Below, piece after piece: positions 52,978 through 64,000 of a DNA stretch of 64,000 nt. The stretch lies in NCBI RefSeq assembly GCF_009914755.1, contig NC_060925.1. The stretch is one strand, 5' to 3'. The notes under the pieces were generated by a model that did not search any database, was not told where the DNA came from, and saw only the letters and a program-made list of their open reading frames with translations. Positions within the stretch are counted from its first letter, which is position 1. Every line of letters starts with the position of its first letter. The stretch comes from the human T2T-CHM13v2.0 reference genome, Homo sapiens. Made by a program: the position numbers and the translations under genes.

Positions 52978-54654
52978 CCCCCTGCCTGGCTCTGGGGACT
53001 CCTGCAGAGCAAGCAACAGCATCAAAAGGGAAGAGATCAGGATGTGACATACTGGGACAATGACACCTGCTAGTGACCCTCACTCCTCCCAGGAGCCGCT
53101 TTCCACCCACAGTCTCCCTTCTGGGAGCATGGGGCAGGTGGCGAGGTGCTGGGTTCCTTTCTCACCCATGCTGGTCCCAGCAGGCTGAACTGAGCAGCTC
53201 TGTTCTCCAGCAGGCGCTGCAAGGGCTGGCCTGCCTGCTGCCTCTGTGCATGAAGCTGCTGCGTCCAGGAAAACTGAGATGACCTGGACTGCTGGTTGTT
53301 TCTACCTGTGAATCACCCCAGAGCAAAGCTCCTGCTACAAGCCACAGGACACGTGGTGCATGAAGCCCCAAATGTCCCAGGTTTTCAGAACAACTTCCAC
53401 AAGGGGCAAAAAAGTGATGGGATCAGAGGCAACTGGTTAGGGCCTTTGGCTCGAGAAACTGTGAGATCAGTGCCCAGCCCCCAAACACTGAGACAGCTCC
53501 CTCGGCAAAAGCCCCTGACAAGTTTAAGAGGCCAGGGTTGTGGCTCCTGGGCTGGGCTCCAAGGGGTCCCTTGATGGAAAGACGCTGGCCCAGGGTTGCA
53601 GGGCTTGCTACCTCAGCCCTCACAAACCCACCCCACCTGTCAGAGGGTAGCTCCTGCAGGCAGCTGGGAAGGCCAGCAGCGTGTCCACATGCAGCAGGGA
53701 CCTAACCTGTAGAAAGTCCCCAGGAGAGAAGTCCAGAGCCCCCTCCCTCCAGGAGGAGCTGGAGGAGAGGAAGCTGGGTATGGAGGGGCTTGGGTTACAC
53801 ACTGGTAACTCCTGGATGAGTCAGAAATAACGCAGCAGCTGCTGGGGTGGAGCCTTATCAGCCCTGGTGCCAAGGAACTGCGCTCGGAGAACCACGGAAC
53901 CAAGCTGGCAGGCCAAGAACACTCCTCACACCATCCATCCCTCCAGGACCAGCAAACCCTGGACCAGCGGGCTTTCCCAGGCAGGGTGGCTCTCTGTGCA
54001 GAGGGCAGCCTCAGCAATGTGCCAGAGCCCGGGCAGCAGCCTCCCTGTAGGTACTTGTCAACTGCTCATTCCCCATAAGCTAATGGGGCCCTCATCCTAA
54101 AAGTGCACACAATAAGCTAATAGCAGCTGCATGCTGGATGCGGCATAGGTCTCTTTCCAGCAACTTCTGCTAAACCCCTACAGCCCAGACTCTATTACTC
54201 TGTCTGCTCCCCTTCCACCTCCTCCTGGGCCCAGAAAATGGCCTAAGTGATAACTGGGAGCTAGGAAAGAGGAGTAAACTGCCTCAGGAATGGTCTCTGA
54301 TGAGAAGGACCCCCAGCCACTCCCCAGGGCCAGGCTGCGTCCCAGCATGGGGAAGGCCATAATTTCCTGTGCAGCTGAGCAGGGAAGCTCTGTTCTGGGG
54401 TATCACTCCTCGCACTGACCCATTCTCACTTCCTTCCACTTCACTAGATGTGGAGCACTGCCAATCTGGAGCTGGACTCCACACAGCCTTGTGGGGTGAA
54501 CCTTGCACCCCGAACCTGGGTGTGGATGATGATGCGGTCTCCACCTCTTCCCCAGTGGCCACCTGGATCTGGGTTACTATGTAACCTCCTCATGATCCCC
54601 CTACTTCCTTTCTTGTCCTTTTCTCTACACAATAGCCAGAATGATCTTATTATT

Positions 54655-55466
54655 GATTATTTTTTGACACAGGGTCTCCCTCTGTCGCCCAGGCTGGAGT
54701 GTAGTGGCGCGATCATAGCTCACTGCTGCCTCAACCTGCTGGGCTTTAGCAATCCTCCCAACTCAGCCTCCTGAGTAAGCTAGGGCCACAGGTGCACATC
54801 ACCACGCTTGGCTAATTTAAAAACATTTTTTTGTAGAGACAGGGTCTTGCTATGTTGCCCAGGCTGGTCTCAAACTCCTGGGCTCAAGTGATCCTCCCAC
54901 CTCATCCTCCCCAAAACAGATGATATCACTCCTACCTTAAACCTACCTGAGAATGCATCTCATAATCCTTGCCAAGACCCTGCCAGGGCTCCGCTGTCAG
55001 CCCTGCCTCCCTCTCCAGCCTGTCTCTTCTTCCTCTTCCCCTTGCTCTGCCTTCCTGGCACTCGTCCGTTCTAGAACATGCGGAGAAGCTCTTTCCCTCT
55101 GGCAGCCTTTGTACTGGGTGTCCCCTAAGCCAGGAACTGGCTTCTTTCCATCCTTTGTCTTGGTGTAAAGGCACCTTCCTAGGGAAGCCTTCCCTGGCAG
55201 TTGCTCTGGTGCCCAGGAGTACAGTGGTATGATCAGAACTCACTGCAGCCCTGAACTCCTGGGCTTAAGCGATCCTCCTGCCTCAGCCTCCTAACTAGCT
55301 GGGACCACAGAAGCATGCCACAACACCCTGCCACTTTTAAATTTTTTTGTAGAGGTCTTGTTATGTTGCACAGCCAGGTTGGTCTCAAATTCCTGGTCTC
55401 AAGCAATCCTCCTGCCTTGGTCTCCCAAAATATTGGAATTAACAGGCATGAGCCACCATGCCCGCC
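54655..55466 (-). mobile_element. Two AluJ elements (54655-54912, 55200-55466)
   Basis: AluJ diagnostics (ctcctgggctcaag). Confidence 0.85.
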
Positions 55467-55954
55467 TGTCCTGATTTTCTGAAAGTGCCCTGTTGGAGAA
55501 CTTGCTTATTGTCTCTGCCCACTGCCCACTGCCAAGGCCAGGGCCCCCTCTGCTGTGCTCACCCCTGTCCTCCGGGAGACTAGCACTTGGCAGGCACTTA
55601 ATAAATACTGCCCGCTTGGCTAAATGGAATAGTGAAACAGCCTGTGGTGTCTGAGCTTCTCCCACTCTGCAATATCCACACCCATCTAGGCCCAAATGTC
55701 ATTGTGTTAAGAGACCAAGTACCTAACCCAGTCTCCCATAACCAAATTTAGCTTTTCCAAAGGACTCACACTTTCAAAGTAGTGGGCCTTGGGCTATTGT
55801 GTTCTCCAAAGAACATCTGAAATGCTCCGTAAAGCCTTTGAGCTGGGAGTTAGGGCTTCCAAGAGTAAAAACCTTCCAATTCTGTCCTGTGCCTAAGGGC
55901 TAGTTTTCATTTGCTCTCTCCTGGTGAGAGACAGGGTGAAATACAAGGACCTGG

Positions 55955-55968
55955 CCACTAGGTGTCGC
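55955..55968 (+). promoter_or_regulatory. CTCF motif (TGG)CCACTAGGTGTCGC
   Basis: One mismatch to the consensus with the canonical TGG flank; at the edge of a locally CpG-enriched segment. Confidence 0.6.
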
Positions 55969-57247
55969 CAAACACAAAAGCGCCAGCGTTGCTTCCTCCC
56001 CACCCCCAGCAGGTTCTCCCAGGGCCCCAGACCACCCGGTTCGAGCCGACCAGTCCTTAGCCGACGTGGGAAGCAGATCACTCCTGCTCTGGCTCTCCCT
56101 ATTCCAATCGTACTATCACAAACCACACTCCAGCCCCGGGTCCCAGGGCAAGATCTATTTATTCATTCAGAGAGCCACCCCTGCCCAGGGAAGGACTGGT
56201 GTCTGGTTTTTGCCGCCGCATCCACCCAGGAGCCAGTGGTCCAGGTACACAGTAGGTGCTTCCCAGAGGAGCGTCAGTTCCATATCAAAGACTGCTTCCA
56301 TCACAGACCGCCTCCATGGGGCCGGCTTTACAGAATGTTGCCCTGTCCAACAAGCCTTCTATGAACAGCTCGCACTGATAGGTGCCGCCCCGTCTTCCCG
56401 GCTGGTGCAGCCTCGCCGTCCCGGGGACACCTCACACTGGGATTCCTAGGGCTTGGGCTGCCCAGCTGTGGGCCTGCGGTGTCGTCTGCGCCTGCATTTT
56501 GGAGCCAGGCTACTCCTGCTTCAACTCACTTCCCTGCAAGAGACAGTTCTTCTCGCTACAGAGAAGACCCTTGACTTGTCTTTTCTAAAAAGCGTGGTCA
56601 TGGAGAATTCTTCCAGCTCTAGTTTGAGCTGATTCCGCCCTGCTGCCTAACAAGAGGGCACACTCAGGGCTGGATCTGGAGCAGAAATGCAGCCAGGAGC
56701 ACATGTTCCCACCCTTCCCATTCCAACCCAAACAGAAACACCGTGACTGGCTTACATAATTCTCTCCTCTGCAGTAAGGGTGTCAGTGTGGAGCAAACTC
56801 ATAATTGGAGAGAATAAATCATAATCAACCCAAACAATACAGACATTTCAGTCATGGTGCTCAACGAGTATATTAAAGTATGTCTCTGTTTGTTGCCTAT
56901 ACAAGCAAACGTGCTATTATATTTTTATCACAATTCTGACAAGCATCAGATTCATTTCACTTGAGAAATCTTATTTTCCCCTGTAGGGATCAAAAACTGG
57001 TCTCCATTAAACTATGTTTAAATTACATAAACTAAAACTGCAACTAAATTAGACACACTAATTATTCATCCAGTCCTTGAACGTGAGAACCAAAAGTAAT
57101 GATGGTTCTCAATTATGGTCTCTTGGCTATTCCCATAAACATTCCAGCGTCTAAAATGGGGTGGCGCTTCCACTCCAAATCCTAAGAAAATTTCTATTAG
57201 CTGCCCAAGTCAGAGGTAAGCCAAAAAAAGGAAAATGAAAAGAAACA

Positions 57248-57560
57248 GGCCAGGCACAGTGGCTCATGCCTGTAATCCCAGCACTTTAGGAGGCCGAGGC
57301 GGGCAGATCACCTGAGGTTAAGAGTTTGAGACTAGCCTGGCCAACATGGTGAAACCCAGTCTCTATAAAAAATACAAAAAATTAGCTGGGCGAGGTGGCA
57401 GACACCTGTAATCCCAGCTACTCGGAGACCGAGGCAGGAGAATCGCTTGGACCTGGGAGGCGGCAGTTGCCTGGAGCCAAGATCATGCCACTGCACTCCA
57501 ACCTGAGCGACAGAGTGAGACTCCATTTCAAAAAACAAAAACAATAAAACAGAAAAGAAA
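57248..57560 (+). mobile_element. AluS
   Basis: Alu consensus. Confidence 0.9.
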
Positions 57561-57754
57561 CAACAGGCAACTATTAACTATCCAAATGAATGGTGAAGGG
57601 ACAGGTCCATGGTTATTTATTATGTAGTAGGCAACCACACATTCTGCAAAAAGTGGGTGCCATCCCAGAAAATGACATCTGATTGGGGCAAATACAATGA
57701 AAAGACATTAAGGTACATACCTTCAATTTAGACACAGAGACACACTCCTGCTAT

Positions 57755-57758
<4 letters not shown>

Positions 57759-57814
<56 letters not shown>
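57759..57814. repeat. (AC)28 microsatellite
   Basis: Direct reading. Confidence 0.97.
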
Positions 57815-57818
<4 letters not shown>

Positions 57819-58829
57819 CAGAGCTGCCTCTCTGTTGAAGGAAGCTTGGCTGGTCAGGAAAGGATGGTGAGGAAGTGGCTCCTGACCACTGTGAAAGGTC
57901 CACACAACGGGAGAACTGGCCTTGGCTCCACAGGCCACAACACGTTCTCAGGGAAACACCCAAGGGCATCTGTAAGAGGCACGCTCAGATGCCACACTTC
58001 TTCCCAGCCTTTGCAGGGACCTAATCTCGACCACCATGTAATCTCCAGCATTTAAGCAGTTGATCTCACTTTAGAAGAATTAGGAGGTAGTGCAAGAGGG
58101 ACCTGGAGAACAAGACTGCTGAAAGTCACATGCGGCAGTTGGAGGCTGGACGGCTGTGGCTCCCTGTATGGGTCTCTGTCTGGGAAATGCAACCCATTCT
58201 AATAAAGAGCTTTGAAAGCTGGCCTCGCTTTGACAGGCACGAGTGGCCCTGAATACAAACACAGCCACCTGCACTCCTTTTTATTTTTAAACTGGAAGCT
58301 AATGCTCTTGAACATCCACATTTATCTATGTTAGAATATTCACTTATACCCAGGGCGGTCTTGCACCTGCTAGGAAGATGTCAAGTAAGCTCAGGCGAGG
58401 CCAGGGAGCAAAGCTGCTCCTTCAGACACATGAGCTGCCTCCAGCCCCTGCACTCGTCTTTTGTTTTGTCCATTTTAAAACACATTGTGATAGATTCTAA
58501 TACATTTAAAAATGTACAATTTACACTTTCATGATGTTTACATTGCAAAAAAATACAATGCCATAGAATTGGTGGTTCCTAGAGCTTATATGAAATATTA
58601 TCCAGAATCTGTACATGTCTTAGCCTAAAAGAAATCAGCAGCACCCTAACATTCTCCAGAAGACCCAACACATCTGGAGAAATGAGCATCATTGGGGCTC
58701 ACGGTGAAAGGTAACAGATGAGCTAACTTCATGATCAGCCCTGGAGCCTGGCGTCCAATAGGACTCCTCACCCCCCACCCCACACTACTGTATGGCCACA
58801 TTACAGAGTCCTTCCCCTGGGGGCCTTAC

Positions 58830-58914
58830 CTGCTTCTGGAAATTAACTTCAGGCAAACAGGTGCTCAACTGTGAGGGGAGGGCTGTGGCTGGGCAGAAGT
58901 AGGAAGGTGCCGCC
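58830..58914 (-). other. CTNNBIP1: CTNNBIP1 non-coding 5'UTR exon (85 nt)
   Basis: Acceptor tgtgtttctgcag|GGCGGC and donor CAG|gtaagg; consistent with my recollection of the ICAT mRNA leader. Confidence 0.85.
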
Positions 58915-59841
58915 CTGCAGAAACACAGAACACAGGTTGTGGGAGGAGTCGGGAGGGCCCAGGCAGCTGCCAGGGCTGGGCCTGGAGCACACGCCCCATG
59001 CTGAGGATGCACAACCGCTGGCGGGAAGCTCATGGAGCTGGGTTCTGCCGTGGTCCAGAAATACCTGTGTGTCTGGCAAGCCCAGGAAACCTGCACCCAC
59101 ACCTCTGGGATAAATAAGGTGCTGAAGGCAGCTCAGCTGGCCTGGCATTTCCGGCCGAAGCAGGTCAGTCCGCTCAACACCACACCCCCTGCTCCCCTTG
59201 GCTTAGTCACCAAGTCTAATTGAGACGCTGTGTTCAGAGACACTGTGGACCAGAATGCATCACTCCAGGAAAGTTGATGGCCAAGTTCTGCACCTGCACA
59301 AGAGAATGCCCCACCTACCAAATCTAACATGACAAGTGAGGCACAGGTAGCTCAGCACCCCGCAGCCTCTGTGCTCAGTGCATGTATATGTGTCTGTGTG
59401 CTTCAGTTGTGCACCTAAACATCAACTAACACACATGCTAGAAACACACGAAAAGCACAGTCGCAGCTTGTTCACAGACCTACAGCCTAGCCACATGTCT
59501 ACGTGCCCCCAATACACCTCTGGCAGGAATCTCAGAACACTGCCTTCTTTTCTTCTGCCTCCTACACAGGAGCTCATCGTTCAGGTCACCTGCACAGGTT
59601 AATGGAGCAAGAGCATGGATTGCCGAGTGGGCGGAGACACAGGAGAAGCAGGAGGCTGTGAGGGGCGCTGGGAGCCTTGCCCACCTGCTCCAGCTGCACC
59701 ACCTGCTCTGCTGGGGTGCAAGACCCAGTACCTCACATCTCCAAGGCATGTATCAATCATCCCAATAAATGGTGAGGGCACAGGTCTGTGGTTATATATT
59801 ATGCGGTAGACAACCACGTTCTGTAAAAGGTGCGTAATTTT

Positions 59842-60492
<651 letters not shown>

Positions 60493-60883
60493 TCAGACTA
60501 ACCCTACGGGAATAGGCCATTTATAGCAATTAATTGCTCTTTTATTCCTCTAGATATCAAAGCACCAAAATACCAAGGAACCCTGGGGAACTTTCCACCC
60601 AAGTCCCCACATTCTTTCAAAAAGAGATGAAAAGAGTGAAAAGAGAGCCTTCCTCTACTTCTGAAGGGCTTTAATTTCTTCTACTACCATGACAGCCAAT
60701 TATCATTCCCGTCTACAGGGCTCAGACCCTTCCAAGAAGCAGAGGGGAACACTGTATTCCTGACTTCCAGGGAAGGGGTCAAAGGATAGGGACTGTCCAG
60801 GGATTCACGGACAGCTGTTCTATTTGTCATTTAATTTTTTATTTTATTTTTTGCTAACCAAACAGCAGCATATTTGCCATTTT

Positions 60884-61594
60884 AAAAATATTTATTTATT
60901 TTTTACTTTAAGTTCCGGGATACATGTGCAGAACGTGCAGGTTACACAGGTATGTACGCATGTGCCATGGCGGTTTGTGGCACCTATCAACCCGTCACCT
61001 AGGTTTTAAGATTCGCATGCATTAGGTATTTGTCTTAATGCTCTCCCTCCCCTTGCCCCCAGCCCCCCAACAGGCCCCGGTGTGTGTTGTTCCCCTCCCT
61101 GTGTCCATGTATTCTTATTGTTCAACTCCCACTTATGAGTGAGAACATACGATGTTTGGTTTTCTGTTCCTGTGTTAGTTTGCTAAGAATGATGGCTTCC
61201 AGCTTCATCCATGTCCCTGCAAAGGACACGATCTCATTCTTTTTTATGGCTGCATGGTATTCCACAGTGTATATGTGCCACATTTTCTTTATCCAGTCTA
61301 TCATTGATGGGCATCTGGGTTGGTTCCAAGTCTTTGCTATTGTAAATAGTGCTGCAATAAACATAAGTGTGCATGTGTCTTTATAGTGGAATGATTTATA
61401 ATCCTTTGGGTATATACCCAGTAATGGGATTGCTGGGTCAAGTGGTATTTCTGGTTCTAGATCCTTGAGGAATTGCCACACTGTCTTCCACAATGGGTTG
61501 AACTAATTCACACTACTACCAACAGCGTGAAAGCGTTCCTATTTCTCCACAGCCTCGCCAGCATTTATTGTTTCCTGATGTTTTAATAATCACC
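60884..61594 (-). mobile_element. 5'-truncated primate L1PA 3' end (ORF2 C-terminus and 3'UTR)
   Basis: ORF 61122-61493 matches the L1 ORF2 C-terminus (DPAIPLLGIYPKDYKS...WIKKMWHIYT); TSD atatttg(c/t)catttt at 60870-60883 and 61596-61609. Confidence 0.93.
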
Positions 61595-61860
61595 TATATT
61601 TGTCATTTTTATAGTCAGGTCAATGTTCCCAGTTTACAGAGGAAGAAACTGAGGCTCAAAGTCCCTGGACCCCAGGGCCCATCCATGTAAGACAGTAAGC
61701 ACGCTCCAATAACTAGATTCAGTTTTCAGTTCTGCTCTGTCACTGATTGGTTGTGCACCGTGAGGCCAGTGATTGCTCTTCTGTGCACTTCATTTCACCA
61801 CCTGTAGAAAGGAGATAGATCGTGACCTCTATCACGTCTTCCCTCAGTGGAGGTGAGACT

Positions 61861-62636
<776 letters not shown>

Positions 62637-64000
62637 AGAATGAGAAAAAGAAGGTCAAGATGCTTCTCAAACTGCCAAGGGTTCCACAACCTTAAGTAGA
62701 CACTAAATGGACTCAAGAAGGATTTACTGAAACTTTTCTAGGTACACACAGCCCTGAACCAGGCTTGGGGAGCACAAGGTACAGAACTGGGGCCGTGACA
62801 CTGAGCCTGCATTCCAGTTGACTGAGTGGCTGAGGAAACCACACAACACAAGGCAAAGAGAAAACCACACAAATAATACATGATAATGAGCCAAAAAGAT
62901 ATGTTAGGTCAAGACACAAACCCTCCTACAGTGCCAACCACATATTATGTACTGTGCCAAGCATCTCCCCTGAGGAAAGAAGACTCAGGGCCTTAAGCCA
63001 GCATAGGAAGTGGCAGAGCAAAGGGGTGTAGTGAGCTCTGCAGGAAGGCAGGGGAGAGGCTGGCTGCCAATGGCTCCAGGGAGAAGTCACTGGAGCTGGG
63101 CCTTGAAGGATGAACAGGAGTTTGCTGGTAGAGAGAAAGGGGAAGGCACAAGACACAGAAGTTCAGCGAACAATTACTGAGCATCTATTCTACGGCAGGC
63201 ATTGAGAATACACAGGTGAGCAAAAGAGCCACGGCTCACATGTGATGAGAGGCTTCCAATGAGCAGGGGGAGACAGACACCAGTCAAGTCACCCAGATCA
63301 ATGATCTCAGACACTGAGACAAAGAACATGAAGGTTAAGTTTGAGTCGCCTCGGGGATGTGCGGCTGGGAGCCTGGAGGAGAAGGAGGAGTTGGTAGGGG
63401 TGGCATACACGTAGGAAGGCCCGAAGCAGGAAGAGTTGTGGCTTAGGCCAAGTTAGAGCTGGACCACAGGGGCACTCAGTGGGAGGGGAAGAGGTGTTTC
63501 AGCAGAAGGAAGTCAAGCCTCAGCTTGAAAAGACCACTGTGGCCAAGGTGTGGAGCAGAGGCTGGGGTGGAGCAGCAGGAAGCAGGAGAGGAGGGGGAGC
63601 AGCCAGGCAGGGGCTTGGTTGGGTAGAGAAGAGCCAGGAGGAGTGTAAGAGTGGGGCTGTGGCTGTGGCTGTGGGGAGAGGCCTGGCACATGTCCAGGGT
63701 GAGGCCCCAAAGGACAGGCTGGACAGCTGGGACTGAGAAGCCCATGGAGGCGCAAAAGCAGAGGAATGGCACAAGTGCACGTGCCCTTGGGATCAAGTCA
63801 GCACTACGGTGAACATTTGCAGAGGGTTCCAGGGCCAGAATCGAAACACGGTGACAAGCTAGTTCCGGGAAACATCAGGGGCACTTCTGGGGGCTACTTG
63901 GCCTGGAGTGAGAATGGGGGGCCTCAGGAAGAAAACACGTGCAAGCACGGGTGGGGCAGCCGCAGGGCAGGGGGCTCCTTCTGTGGGCACGCAGAGCCAG

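Noticed and set aside
61122-61493. 123-aa ORF with clear protein-like sequence
   Set aside because: C-terminus of L1 ORF2 in a 5'-truncated L1PA; no promoter or true start

Overview
Human (primate) genomic DNA from the CLSTN1-CTNNBIP1 region, which I recall as chr1p36.22; the genes were recognised from their protein sequences. Both genes lie on the minus strand. (1) The left end holds the 5' end of CLSTN1 (calsyntenin-1): a CpG-island promoter, coding exon 1 (4561-4651, signal peptide) and an AT-rich part of intron 1. (2) An intergenic region of about 24 kb follows, rich in Alu, MIR, L2 and MLT1 elements. (3) The right part holds most of CTNNBIP1 (ICAT, 81 aa): a 5'UTR exon (58830-58914), three coding exons (52882-52977, 52100-52190, 31629-31687) and a 3'UTR of about 2.4 kb ending near AATAAA at 29202-29207. 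The CTNNBIP1 promoter is beyond the window. Nearly all other ORFs in the track are Alu, L1 or GC-rich noise. I see no new multi-gene system. The best leads are regulatory and RNA-level, and all are inferences needing data: a (UG)28-flanked cryptic 5'UTR exon in CTNNBIP1 with TDP-43-target architecture; splice and ORF signals for a divergent transcript from the CLSTN1 promoter; a fully paired 28-bp hairpin with AATAAA in its loop; a CCAAT-box cluster and a complete antisense poly(A) site in the CTNNBIP1 3'UTR; an in-frame GGC/poly-Gly leader in CLSTN1; and several local duplications carrying transcription-factor motifs. Repeat boundaries are read by eye and are approximate.
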